Notes under the pieces: model-generated | Databases searched by the model: none | The model's input: only the letters and a program-made list of their open reading frames with translations | Told to the model about the DNA's origin: nothing | In this document: positions 37,960 through 51,499 of the stretch, piece after piece | How positions within the stretch are numbered: position 1 is the first letter of the stretch | How the letters are laid out: each line of letters begins with the position of its first letter | Source: Octopus bimaculoides | Taxonomy: Eukaryota | Reading direction: 5' to 3' | Length of the DNA: 64,000 nucleotides | NCBI RefSeq assembly: GCF_001194135.2 | Contig: NC_068981.1 | Coordinates: forward strand, 9,967,756-10,031,755 | Position numbers and translations under genes: made by a program

Positions 37960-38280
37960 GCCAAATTAAGTATTTTTTTATTTTCTATCGCATTCAACTC
38001 CTGCATAATTTCATACCCATCTATGCCAAAATATTTGTAGAATATGGAATTGCCAAGCTCCTGTACTCCTTGGATTTCCAAAACATATGTTCCACTCGTC
38101 AATCTGTGTTATTTTATTGTTAGTCTTTTGCATTTTCCCAGTTCAAATACGTTAATGTTCATGATAAAACATTTGACAATAATGAATTCCTCAAACTGGG
38201 AGCTGTAGCAGCATAGAATTTTAGAATACATTTCCATGAAAAGGAAATGGCGATTGAGCCTGGTCCTTAGTCACTCTATG
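37960..38280 (-). mobile_element. Dong/R4-type LINE RT fragment
   Basis: Minus strand: HFLFMEM (HLLFMDD), ELGKCKRLTIK, QELGNSIFYKYFGID (YKYLGI). Confidence 0.65.
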
Positions 38281-38759
38281 TAATATACGAAGTTGCCATT
38301 TATTTATTAACCAACTTAAAAGAATATCCGTGTGGACATACCCGTGGGGCAGAAGCTTACTTTCATGTCGTCGGTTATCGAAAGAACCATCTGCCATTTA
38401 TTCAATGTTTTCCTTTTTCCTTATTGTTCTGTTTTGCTAGCCAAAGGTTTTATTTTTCTGTCAAAACACCTGATTGACAAAGCAGTCTTCAGGGTTTATG
38501 GGAATTTATCTGCCACTTTGATTTAATCTGACCGAATTTATTAACTGATGCGCGTAAGCGTATGTATGCGTGTATGTGCGCACGCATATGTGTGTGTTAG
38601 TAATTGACGTATAGACAATATAGTCAACTACTGATTTTTATCTAAGGAGCTGCGGATGATCAAAATTATTCAGCTAGCAAGCACTGCAGTTTCATTGCAA
38701 TTTGGAGAAACTGAAACAGGCTTAACTTCCTTAAAAGATTTGCAGTATTGCCATGAAAT

Positions 38760-38975
38760 AAGCCGGCGAACTGGCAGAATTGTCACCGCACCGAGTAAAA
38801 TGCTTACAGGCATTTTGTCCGTCTTTAGTTTCTGAGTGCAAATGCCACCAAGGTCGACTTTGCCATTTATCCTTTCAGGGTCGGTAAAATAAATACCAGT
38901 TGAGCACTGGGGTCGATGTAATCGACATACCCTCCCCTGAAATTGCTGGTCTTGTGCTAAAATTTGAAACCAGTT
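38760..38975 (+). mobile_element. SINE family C
   Basis: ggcgaactggcagaatt...aaggtcgactttgcc...ttgtgctaaaatttgaaacc. Confidence 0.88.
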
Positions 38976-39583
38976 TTGTCATAGAGTGTGATGGAACATT
39001 TAAGAACATCTAACCAAAGAAAGAAAGAAAGAATGAATGAATGAATGAATGATTTAACTAATTAATTAATTAATCAATTAAAAAGTATACAACGAACGAA
39101 TTTTAAAAAAAATGAGTGCAAGGTGGACAAAAGAATAGAAGACCAGGAAAAAGAATGAAATAAGGAATGAAGGAAAAATGGAGAGTTGCAGATGAAGAAT
39201 TGAATGAAAAATAGAACGAGGGATATATCAATAAGCCAAGAAGGAAGCAAGAATGAAAAGAAGGAAAATCAAATAGAAGGAAATGAAAGAAATATTTAGG
39301 GTGAAAATGAGACGAAGAAATATACAGAAAAAAAGGGTAAAGAAAAAGGAAGGATGTGAAAAGGAAGGTGATGAAAGGAATATAACAAGACAGGAAACCC
39401 CAATATTCCATTTCAGACGGATGAGGGATTCAGGTTGCTATGTCTATGTCTGCTCACCTAATACGTCTCCAGATATATAAATGCGTGTGTTTGTGTGTGT
39501 GTTTCTATTTGTTTATAAATATATATGTTTGTATATGTACGTATGTATGCCTATCTATTTATCTATCTATCTATCAATAAACG

Positions 39584-39631
<48 letters not shown>

Positions 39632-39692
39632 TAATAAAATACGAGATGGAATGTGTGAGGACGATTATATGTAAATCATATGTAAATATCAG

Positions 39693-40052
39693 ACGCAGGT
39701 GTGCGACTGTGTGATAAGAAGCTTTCTTCCCAACCACATGGTTCCGGGTTCAGTTCCACTGCGTGGCACCTTGGGCTAGTGTTTTCAACAATAGTTTCGG
39801 GCCAACCAAAGCCTTATGAGTGGATCTGGTAGACAAAAACTGAAAAGAAGCCTGTCGTGCATAAATATTTATGTATATATATTTATGTGTGTGTGTTTAG
39901 CGGTTCGGCAAAGGGATCGACGGATCAAGTACTAGGCTTACAAAGAATAAACCCTCAGGGTCGATTTGTTCGACTAAAAACCATTTAAGTTGGTGCTCCA
40001 GCATGGCCGCAGTCAAATGACTGAAACACGTAAATGAATAAAAATATAAAAG
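39693..40052 (+). mobile_element. SINE family B
   Basis: gtgtgataagaagctttcttcccaaccacatggttccgggttcag...ctccagcatggccgcagtcaaatgactgaaac. Confidence 0.88.
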
Positions 40053-40664
40053 AATGTAGTGCAGAAATTGGAGCTGCACGAGAATGTAGTGTTACTTTTG
40101 TGTCAAAACTATTGATGTACAATGATTATCAATAAATTGCAGTGTTACCAAGCATTTTGTGCTGAAGGATTTTCTTGCAAATAACCATTAATACTACACT
40201 CTCATTCGCCATCCACTTCAGTTGCAAAATTATCATCAATAGAAATGAAAAATGATTTCTATATCCTCCAATGTCCATATTTAATCATTTGTTTTCTTAT
40301 TCATCACAACAGCTTGTAAGATAAAAGTAAATTCTACGTATAATTGGATCCAATATCAAATATGTTCTCAAATAAATATGAAAATGGTTGACTAGAAACA
40401 AATTCCTTATATTTTAGGATTTAGAAGACGGAAATTGGAAATATACAAATTAGGCTTCCATAGAAGCTTAAACGACATAAGTTCAATGACTTTAGACTGG
40501 AATTAATAGAAGACCGGATGAAATCCCAAGTACAGACCCAGTCAATCTGAAGACATTCCGCAGCCTTGTGCATTTACAATTAAGTTATAATACTCTGCTC
40601 AGTGTAGAAAGATACATTTATTCAGTTCGAGAGAGTAAGGAAGTTATTTTTAACATTTATTTGA

Positions 40665-41200
40665 AATTTTGGCACAAGGCTAGCAATTTCGAGACAGGTT
40701 GTATGTCGACTACATCGACCCCAGTGCACAACTGGTACTTATTTTATCGATTTAGAAAGATGAAAGGCAAAATATACCTCGACCGAATTTGAACTCAGGA
40801 CGTAAAGACGGATGAAATGCGGCTAAGCATTTTGCTTGGCGTGCGAAGGGAGTAAGTCGATTACGTCGACTCCAGTGCGTAACTGGTACTTAATTTATCG
40901 ACCCCGAAAGGATGAAAGGCAAAGTCGACCTCGGCGGAGTTTGAACTCAGAACGTGAAGACAGACGAAATACCGCTAAGCATTTCGCTCGGCGTGCGAAA
41001 GATTCTGCCAGCTCGCCACCTTAAGACTTGGTTTTAAAATTGTTCTTAAGGAAAAGACAGCGAGCTGGCAGAAACATTAGCATGCCGGACAGAATATTTA
41101 GCAGCATTTCATCTGTGATTATGCTATAAGTTCAAATTCCGCCCAAGACAACTTTACCTTTCATCCTTTTGGGGTCGATAAAAAAAGTACCAGTGGTGTC
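40665..41200. mobile_element. SINE family C cluster: two tandem - copies then a head-to-head + copy
   Basis: ttctgccagctcg (41003-41015) versus cgagctggcagaa (41061-41073). Confidence 0.85.
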
Positions 41201-43603
41201 ATCACGAAATATGTAGCTGTGACATTGTTGTGATATTAAATACTATCTCCTATTCTAATATTTGACTCTTAAACATAAAACCTTGCCTTATTTTCTTATA
41301 ACCAATTAAAACTAGAATTCAGATACCTAATATGGACTTTGATCTTCTCTTCAAAGTCGATTAAATATGTACTTTTGCCAGACCAGAAGTTAACTTATCC
41401 ATCTTCTTTCATAGGCATTCGTTCTCTTGTATGATATATATATTTACCTATCTATCTATCTATCACTCTCTCTCTCCCTCTATACATATGTGTGTGTGCA
41501 TACATATATATATAGAGCGAGAGAGAGTGCGTGTGTGTGTGTGTGTGAGAGGGAGAGAAAGAGAGAGATACGCATATATATGTATGTCTCTATATACATA
41601 TATATATATAATATATATGTATTCATATATACAATGCATGTATATGTTTATGTACTTATATATACGATATGTATATATGTGTATATCCGTGTGTGTGTGT
41701 GTGTGTGTGTGTGTGCATGAATCACGTTTTATGTTCCATATATACTCAATGATTCGAGTATGAAAAAAACAAAGTTGTGTCAATATTATAAGATATGAAA
41801 CATTTGTTTGCATTTTATATTTTTTTACCTACTTATAGTTATAACATTCTCAGTAAGAAATAAGTAAGATGTCTCTAGCACTTAGTAAAGAAATTAAAAA
41901 AAAAAACAGAATGAACATCAAAGACTCGGGAGAAGCAAGCAACAAATGAAAATATCTATGTAATAAAAGCAAAACTCAAAGATAACAGAATGTCTGGAAA
42001 TGATGTTTAATAAGCAATATAAGATAACGCAGTGTATATGGCGTGAAATATTATTACAGAAGTCACATAAAACGAAATTTATTTTAAAGGTTTGTGGATC
42101 AATGCATCCAAGTTCAATATTGCTTTCTTTATGATCGATTGTTCGATGATATCTAGGGAAGATTATTTCTGTGAATACTCTTCGGTTGAATGCAATATCA
42201 CGTGTTAACCAGTCGTATTCATAGGAATCCGATTAATTCGATACTAGTTCACTGCGCTTGTTCTTGTAGGTTGTTTGCATATCTGCTTGAAATTATAATA
42301 TTCAGTGTTGAATTTTAATCAAGGTGTGAAAAAGTATAATTTGTTTGAATCATATTCAAAACTTTTGTAAGACGTATTCACAATTTTGTCTTCGGAGACT
42401 AATGCAAAAATAAATAGTTATTTTTTACTTCTTTTATCGAGAAAAACATTAGAAAATTTACATATGGATACATTTGTCTGTTTTTCTTATTCTGTTATCA
42501 TGCATTTCGTTAACAATGGCGTCAACGGCAGTAGATTTCCACCAGAGCAATCACTAGTTGATAGCATTCTAATGAAAAGGAAGTCGAAAAAGTGCATGTG
42601 CAACTCAAGCAGAATAATTACTGCAAACTAGTTTTTTGTTCGACGTATCGTTGTAAGCAATGTTCAGAGACAGTTGGTACTGGAATTTTTTAAGACATGA
42701 AATATTCACCTGTTTAAACACAAAACACTATCCAGCCTCGAGTAGACTGAGAACATTTGGCAAATATTGCAGAAAATGTACAAGATGTTGCCGATCTTTA
42801 AACTCCCTTTGTGTCAAAAGAACATTTAAATAGGGTTCTCACAATGATGTTAATTCAGGGAGAGAGCGCTGAATGAAGACCAGAAGTAAGGCTTATCAGA
42901 TGATACATATGTATATATTGATATAAACATATGTTGCGGCAACACACATGGAGGAAGGTTAGGAGACGGGAAAACAAGGTGTTGTGCGAGCGGCAGTCAG
43001 GCCAAGAAAGAAAGATCATGCTTGGCCGAGCACCGATTGCGTGGGAGGAACGGAGAGAGGTATGAGGCAGAAGGATTGAAGAATTAGGGAAGGTACTAGA
43101 GAGAGAAAGAGGGAGGAAGGGATAGAGGTAAAGGTACAAGGAAGATAACAGAGGAGAGGAGAGAGATTAAAGAAATAGAATGCCAAGAATTATGAGAGAG
43201 GGGGTGCGAGAAAAAGAAACATGGAAAGAAAGATGGAAGTCGTACAGAATTTAGATATATAGTTACAAGTATATGTCTAAATTACGCCGCTATGTGTATA
43301 TAATATATATATATATATATTATCAAGCATAGTTTTCACTTGCAAGGCGTATAATCTAGTAGCTTGGCCATTCTTCTGCTAATTGTTGCCCAGGTGTATG
43401 CTGTTGTGATCAAATATAGTCACTATTTTAGCCCATTCAGTTTTTCATCCAGTAATGAATTGAGAATAATACAGCGCCATACTAATTTTCATTTGACTAA
43501 ACTAAGGCAATGAGAAATAAAACACTTTGCTGAAAGTGACAATACACCTTCCAAGTATCGAACCACGAACTGAGAACTTAATGTGTTAGTTTGTCAAGAT
43601 CTC

Positions 43604-43639
<36 letters not shown>

Positions 43640-44867
43640 TTGCACACACACGTACATGAGGCTGTTATCCCTCATATAAGGGGCATCTGAGGCACCTCAA
43701 TGCGCTGACATCTCAACTCACAACGTTGAGAAATATTTAAGAACACACCCAACAGAATATATCTTCTTTCTTTAATTAGTGCACCGTGTCCAATTTTGCA
43801 CTAATGCCTATTCTGGTTAATGCCTATTATATTTCATGAAGAGATAAGGAGAATCTTCTCTCCAGTACACTTTCATGCACTGTTAATGCAGAAGTACATT
43901 TACGTGTTGAGATTGAATGCAATTGAGTCTTATCTGTATATCAGTTGAAAGCTAGAGTAAAAAATACCGTTGTCTCAGATTGCAAGGAAATATTTTCAAA
44001 TCATAACTCAACAGATAATACCATTCATTTGACAATCTGATGATGCAAGCACTAAAAGATTGCTTGATTTGTAAGAAATAACAAACAAAATCTCTTTTAA
44101 ATTCCATTCAGCAGTCTTACATAAACATATCACATTGACATAGGATAATATAGTCTAAGTTCAACTAAACTGGATAAAAGTAAGATAGCCAAAGTTGTTA
44201 CAACTTTTTTCAAAGAGTTACTCAATCAAGGCTAGCCTGAAGTTGAGCAAAAACAACAATGAATCGTTCCTTCAACAGCTAATCGATACACCTTTAGTGA
44301 ATCGAATTGTTGGTAGTAAATATCTCAGTGAATCGTCTCTGAAATTTTGTTTCGATATTTTTGAGAGGGTGTATCACTTCTCTGTAATTTGTCAATCATT
44401 TCAGCAAAGACAAAATATATTTCTATTAAATTCAGATTTAATGATAAAGACTTATTTATAACGTCATTTTCCCGGTTCTTGTGTAAAACTTCTCTTTCTA
44501 ATCTATGAGGTACATCTGTATTTAATATATAAATCCTACAGATTTTATTACTGTAGAGACGTATGCATAAATATCTTTCAAGTAACTAGTTGTATGTAGT
44601 TAAGATTGGCTTCGTAAAATCATCTGTACCTAGTCAAAATCGACGTTGTTTTAAATGAAAATGCCTGCTTTTTAACTAGAGGTTATATGACTTATATTAA
44701 ACTGACGCGTTACTTGCTCAAAATTGACGTTGCATTGTTCCGGAAGAAAATCAGCCTAACGTATAATAAAATTGTGCCTGATCAAAATTAAGTGTTATTT
44801 TAAATGCTGATTACTTAAGAACAGTTGAGGATGAGAAAGAGAAGATTAAACGAGATGGTAGGAATCA

Positions 44868-44935
<68 letters not shown>

Positions 44936-45433
44936 AACAAATGTTAGGGTAGAGCTGTTTTCCAGTGAATCATGTATTATTCCATTTTCTAACTATTTTA
45001 GGTAACCTCGCATAATAAAATCATAAATGCAAATCATGATTAGGAGGAGTTTTAGCTGCAGTTTTCTAACAGATCGAGCAGCCAAGTGGAACTGTCCTAA
45101 GATGTGCACAGTTAAATGCTGTTGTTTAACACTGGGTCAACTATGATCAAAAATATTCTTGCTGTAACCTTTGCGTCTTTTTAGGACTTTATAGGTCTAG
45201 GTTATCTTTTTTACTTTAGATGTTAAGTTGGCTTATAGTTATTATTTTCTTATTGTTGTTGTTGTTCTTTTTTAACTCCAAGACGTCCCTGATTGAATAG
45301 AGCTATCATGAGAGGAATTCTGGAGGTGATCACTAAGATTTTTTAAGAGAGTCTGGGACTGAATTAATAAGATTGGATGCTATTTGTGGGAGATTTAGCT
45401 GTTCTTTCTAGCAGATCAAATGTCTACGTAGAC

Positions 45434-45689
45434 CAGTGGTTCTCAACCGGGGTTCACATGGCCCTTCAGGGTTCATACAAAATTTTGATGTTAAAATTTA
45501 TGCGCAATTAATTGGTCATAATTCCACAATACATGAAATATTTCAACAGTCTTTTTTTTATACAATTCCTTATATTTAATTATAAAAATGTAATGAGACT
45601 TTTTAAACATCTAATGTTTATTAGGGCTCAGTGGAATGAAATAAGAGCAAAAGGAATTTCATAGGTCAAAAAATGGTTGAGAGCTCCTG
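45434..45689. mobile_element. hAT/Charlie-type MITE (256 bp)
   Basis: TIRs cagtggttctcaacc / ggttgagagctcctg; 8-bp TSD acgtagac / ccgtagac with central TA. Confidence 0.8.
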
Positions 45690-46049
45690 CCGTAGACAGT
45701 TTTCCTTTGGTTCTAAATTGCTGCTGTTAAAATTGGTGCAATGTTAGATATGGTACATGACAGCTTGCATTGATATTACATCTCACATTGGTGTCGATCT
45801 CTCGCAGCTAACTCCATTCTGTACAACATTGGCTTATGTCTATCTTAGTTAAAAGTATATGTTGTTATTGCTTCTCGTCTTTCATTACTTCAGAATGGTG
45901 AGGGTCAAATGTTAAAATGTGTTCCAGAATCACGACTATTGCAACGGTTGTTGAAATGTTTCTGTGTCAGATGCTGGATAACGTTTCTCATTTGTTTGTA
46001 TTATATGTTCTGGCTGGGAATGTAGAGAGCGAGAGAGTAAGAAAGGGAG

Positions 46050-46068
46050 AAAAAGAAAGAAAGAAGGA

Positions 46069-46104
<36 letters not shown>

Positions 46105-46140
46105 CAGAAAGAAAGAAAGAAAGAAAGAAAGAAAAGAAAA
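46050..46140. repeat. (GAAA)n microsatellite
   Basis: Direct reading. Confidence 0.95.
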
Positions 46141-47521
46141 ATGAGGGAGAGAGAAAATATTGAAGAATTCGTGTTTATGTGAGCACATATTTATGAGTAA
46201 AACGTGTGTATACGTATGTCATTGTCTATATTCATCAATATATTTTGACAGTATGTAAATGAATCTATCTATTTGTAGACTGTAAATATATCTTTTCCAA
46301 TTAATGTTACTATAAACAGCAAATAGAACTACCATTTCATGAACTTTACTCTGAAATACCAAACTTAACCGAAGATGTATGGCGCCTCTTAACAAAAACC
46401 TTTCGGCAACAAACAGCGTTGGGTATTTGATAAATTTTCGTGTGTTTACATGTGAAAGATCATGATTTGTGAATGTAACATGACACATCGCAGGCATATA
46501 TATCCATATATATTAACTATATCTCTCTTTCAACTAAAAACTGAAAAGGTGGATCTAAGGAGTGCAATGGACAACCAAGAAAATAAAAATCATTAAATAG
46601 CTGCTTACGAATTCCAACCCTCGAGGACAATTCCTCAGGGGTGTTGGTTTATTGAGGTTTCGAGCTGATGCCATATGTCGGAATTATCAAAATTATATCC
46701 GTTTTCGCATTTTGTATCGAATCCATTTCTGTTATATATTTTTGTGAATGACAGGTAGCAGTAGTATTCAATGACGTTACGAGTAGAATCACGCCACATG
46801 TTCCTGCAAAATACTCCTACATGAATACCGAATTTTTGAGAAGCATGTGTGGAAACATGAATGAAATGAGGAATAAGGAAAGCTTCTAATAATACAGAAA
46901 GTTTTTTTTAAAACAACATTTATATTTCGAGCGAAAAGGCATATCTTCAGAAGAATACAGTCAAAGAAATATGTATTTACGTAGACCCTGCTATTTTAGA
47001 TAGCCTGGTGTTTGAATTAGCAGCAGCAGCAGCAGCAGCAACTTCCTCCCCCCCCCCCGCCACAAATGTAAGAATCTTTTCTTATTTTGGATTTTTTTTC
47101 CTTTTCTACTTCTGTATTATAATGCTTCAGACGAACTGTACCGCTCTTATTACATGCAGATGTGTGTAAGCAAGCACTACCATATGCATACAATAATTAG
47201 AAAGCGTGCAATAGTTGCACAATTAAGACACATGGAACAGAACAAAACAGACATGCATGTACTGTAAATCAACAATATTCATTCACATTTCCAAGTACTA
47301 GATATTGAAGGACACTGATGATAGAGTAAAAAGTTTAACCGTTATTTTCAGCAGCATTTTAGATGTTAACAAATCAATATTTTGTTTCCACTCTCGAAAC
47401 CTTTTCAGTCACACATTTTTGAATCACCAATTGTGTCGTTACTATTCTGTTTGCAATATCGCAGTATTCGTCTCTTTGTTATTCTTATAACTTATGGATA
47501 TCTATATATTTGTGTGTCAGT

Positions 47522-47557
<36 letters not shown>

Positions 47558-47624
47558 CGTTGTTACAGCTCATACCATCGAAGATATTCCGTGTTTTCGG
47601 TTCTTTACAATTAAATAAACAGAA

Positions 47625-47800
47625 AGAAATGAACAGCAATGATACTACCAGCAACAGTGTTTGAAATCTTGAAGGTTTCTATGATGACACCATCATTCAC
47701 AGGAAATTCTGTCTCTGATATTCAAAGTGATGATAGCTGCAGTATTCGTATTACTACCTTTACAAACAACTCAGAAATTATACAATGTGATAGATAAGAT
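47625..47800 (+). mobile_element. CR1/L2 RT core fragment, decayed
   Basis: ..LPATVFEILKV then YDDTII (YADDT) then GNSVSDIQ across frameshifts. Confidence 0.45.
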
Positions 47801-48187
47801 GAATCGATTTTTCCTTATGATATTATTAGAAGTGACATTTTAAAATTGTTTAAACCAACCGAAGCGCAAACTTACTTGCTTTGATGTATCTAGGTGTTAT
47901 ATTTCTCTGTAAAAACAAAAAGGAAAAGAAAAAAGAGAAAAATTCCGACGGGCTGACTGTCCTATAAGCGTCCAGCTTAAAGAGCGGCTAGGAATAAACA
48001 TCAAACCATTAATTTACATTTGGAAATAAGAGAATTGCAAACTTTAAAATATGATATTTAATTCGGTAATGACATCCCACCTGGCTGCAATCACAACAAA
48101 ATATCTAGCGTGTCAGCCATCGAACGTTTCGGAACGTTTTGGAAGAGAACAAAAACGTTGGCTGCAATAGATTCATGTCTTTCAACA

Positions 48188-48259
48188 TAGATCGGGTTAA
48201 CTATGTAGATTGGTTTAACCATGTAGATCGGGTTACCAATTTACATCGGGTTAACAATG
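48188..48259. repeat. 18-bp minisatellite x4 (tagatcgggttaacyatg)
   Basis: Units at 48188, 48206, 48224, 48242. Confidence 0.85.
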
Positions 48260-48944
48260 ATCGATATCCTTTCAACTGTTTGCTGTTTATAATATTCTCA
48301 AAGAAAATAATTAGAGATAGAGGTAAAAGGAACAATGGGCGGCGATGGCCAAAGCATACGTTTCCCAACTCCCAGGAGCTATAGCATGCCTTTATTGCCA
48401 CTGATCGAATGATAATGTCTAGCAATGATGTAAAAGGTTACGTTCATCCGTTCATACTTCTCGAAGGCGGAAGGCAGACGTCTTTAAGAGGAGCCCAAAG
48501 AACCATGACGTTATGGAAGTCCAACGATTCTGCTTATGAGTTGGTCTTAGCTTTGTATAGTTTTTAAATAAAAGCATATGAAATCAGTTAATATGGCCTG
48601 TTTTATGAATCTTCTAAAATTAGCAATGGTATAATTACCATAACTGAATTTTAGATACACTTCGATATTGAAAAAGTATTTTCTCTCTGTTTCTTTTGAT
48701 TCTTAATTTGATTTTTTCTGACGATAGATTTTGATTTGGTGATGATGGAGAAGTAATTGTCCATTTACTATGAAGCGCTATACTTCATATGTTTAAAAAC
48801 AGAAGCAGGATTGTTTGAAAATCAATCAAATTTTCTTCTTCATTATACCTCTCAAAATAAGAAACTGCTTGTGCGACTAAGTCGTAATTGCTACATTTTT
48901 TTTTAATGGTGGGCGGGTTACATCCACAGATTTCATTATTGGTG

Positions 48945-49445
48945 ACATCAAGGGAATTTCAATTCCGTCGACGCCAGCTGTGCATTTTATCCTTTCGGGA
49001 TCGATAATATAAACACTAGCTGAGCACTAGGGTCAGTATGATCGCCTTACGACCCTACCTAAAATTGCTAAAATTTAAAACTATTATTAATGATATCAAG
49101 GCGGTGAGCGTACAGAATGGTTAGTGTGGCGGACAAACTGCATTTCGGTATTTGTTCCTTCTCTTTACGTTCTGAGTTAAAATCTCATCGAGGTCAGCGT
49201 TCTTTTTCGGGATCGTTAAAATGAAGTACCAGTCAAGTACTGGAATCTATGATATCGACTAAGATCCCAATCATGTGCCTACATCACAAACCATTTCATC
49301 CATCTTTATGTTCAAATTCCACCGAGGCCGACTTTGGTTTTCGTCATTACGGGATCGGTAAAATAATTAGCAGTCAGCCTCTGGTGTCGATATAATCGTC
49401 CAGCCGCCGCCCCACAAAACTTTCAGCCTTGTGCCTCTTGTAGAA
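48945..49445 (+). mobile_element. SINE family C, three head-to-tail diverged units
   Basis: Repeated caaattcc..cgag..ctttcggg.tcg.taaaa cores at ~48960, ~49180, ~49315. Confidence 0.7.
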
Positions 49446-50289
49446 AGGAATATTTAATCATTTATCTAGATATTTCTGTTTTCTTAGACAAAACTGGTTG
49501 GCTGTGTTGTTAGGTACTGGCCATTTTGACTATATTTTAAGAGCAAATAAATTATTGTAAAACAAAATTTAATCCTTTTTGTATGTTAAATTTTATCTAT
49601 CACAACATCTGGTCCATCACCATTCGAAATATCATGGGAGTAAGAAAAGGTTGCTAAAGAAATAGAAGACTCCGATTGCTTCTATAAGCATTGACAAGGA
49701 TTCTAGTGCAGCTGCAGTAGTTAAAAATTACAACGTCAGTAAACAATGAAACATCTATTTTAAATTATAAATCAGACAAAGAGTATCTGAAAATAATTCA
49801 TATTTAGTCGTTTACAATAGAAATACCTGTTCTTCTTTATAATGTTAATCAATTCTTTGTGATTTAGATAAAACAATAGTTTTAATTAGTTATTCTTTCG
49901 ATCTGTTTTCATTTTAGACGATGAAGAGCGTCAATAGTAATTCTGCTAACAATAATTTTATTGATCATAATTTTGATATAAACTTTACATTTGATACAGT
50001 ATTTTGATTACCTTTTAAAATTGACTCTAACAACATGGTCTAGTCTAGTTATTATCACTCAGTTTTTATTAGCAGTCTTTCGTAAAACCTTAGTGTCATT
50101 ATCTAAAATTTGAAATTCTTAAGAAATACGAACAAAGCCTAGTCTGGAAAATAAAGAAAAAACTTTCTTTTACACAAAAGACGTCGTATCAGAACTAAAA
50201 ATTAACTTTCTATTAGCTTAGTGTGCACTACTACAAAAGTTATGAACTCGATAATTCAAAACAAATTGCTATATTTTTCAAAAGCAAAT

Positions 50290-50660
50290 ATCATTATATC
50301 CAACTTACAATTCGGATTCTTAACTAAAAGATCATCAGCTTGTCAACTTTTAGTACAGTTAATTGAATAGAAAAAGCATTTAGCTAAGATAATAAACGTA
50401 TGTTGGGTATATATAGAGACATTACTAAAGCATTTGAGAGTTTCACATGTAAAATTGGTTTAAAAACTAATCACAATATATATGACAGATAAATAACTGA
50501 ATTGCTTTCAATATTAATTAAATATTAAATATCTATTTGTTTGTTGAAATAATAATGTTTATAATACTTGTTTAATTACTTCCAAAGTGCTGTAGGGTAG
50601 TTTACTTAAGCCAATCTTATTTTTAATCTATATTAATGACCTACAAAATTGAATTTCAGA
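50290..50660 (+). mobile_element. CR1/L2 LINE RT fragment
   Basis: IISNLQFGFLTKRSSACQLL...KAFE...PILFLIYINDL. Confidence 0.7.
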
Positions 50661-50899
50661 TTCAAAAACAATTTTATATATGCAGCTCAATTTTTTTGGT
50701 TTTCTTTTTCTTTCCAAATCTCAAAGAACGTTAAAAATTTACTTTAAAATCTGATTTACAGAAATTTTTTTGAATCGTCTACCAAACATTGCAACTGGAA
50801 AATATTCAGTAATTGATTTATTTTCACGATAATTCTTGTACAAAATATTTTTAATGATATTTCTATACCACCTGCTTGAAAACTTGTAAAACTTGGAAT

Positions 50900-51210
50900 T
50901 ACATGTACACAATATTTTCACATTGTGTTAGAATGACAGGAATATGTCTGGAACGAATTTATCTTTTAAAACGTTTGAAAATCGAAATTGCGAGACAATA
51001 CTTAAGTTACATGAAGAATTTTAAAAAATTTATATTCATACCAATAATCATTGGTGCAATCGGTGAATACCTAGGACACAATCTAGAGAATCTAGGACTT
51101 TCAACCAACGAAAGAGACCACTTAACCCGAACTTTACGGATACGATTTGTAAGTGGAACAGTGAAAATAGGAGAGGTTTTTTTTAAAGTTCTATGTGTAA
51201 CAATAATCAT
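50900..51210 (+). mobile_element. Dong/R4-type LINE 3' end (RLE endonuclease C-terminus)
   Basis: LKIEIARQY...FIPIIIGAIG...LENLGL...SGTVKI in ORF 50876-51535. Confidence 0.75.
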
Positions 51211-51499
51211 TGTTCTTGACGGAGCTTTTGTTACTTTGTTTGAAACCAGCTCCATNNNNNNNNNNNNNNNNNNNNNNNNNNNNNNNNNNNNNNNNNNNNN
51301 NNNNNNNNNNNNNNNNNNNNNNNNNNNNNNNNNNNNNNNNNNNNNNNNNNNNNNNTATAAGGAGCAGAAATACTGGAAAATCAGTATACAACATGTGGCA
51401 AAATTACCAGTTGAAAATATTTGGAAAACATATATAAAAAGTGGAAGAGAAATGCCACCTTCCCACATTTATATTTTTAAATATATATACATATTTTAT

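Noticed and set aside
38142-38216. Strong + acceptor with open phase-0 frame FKYVNVHDKTFDNNEFLKLGAVAA*
   Set aside because: Antisense of a Dong/R4 RT fragment recognisable on the minus strand
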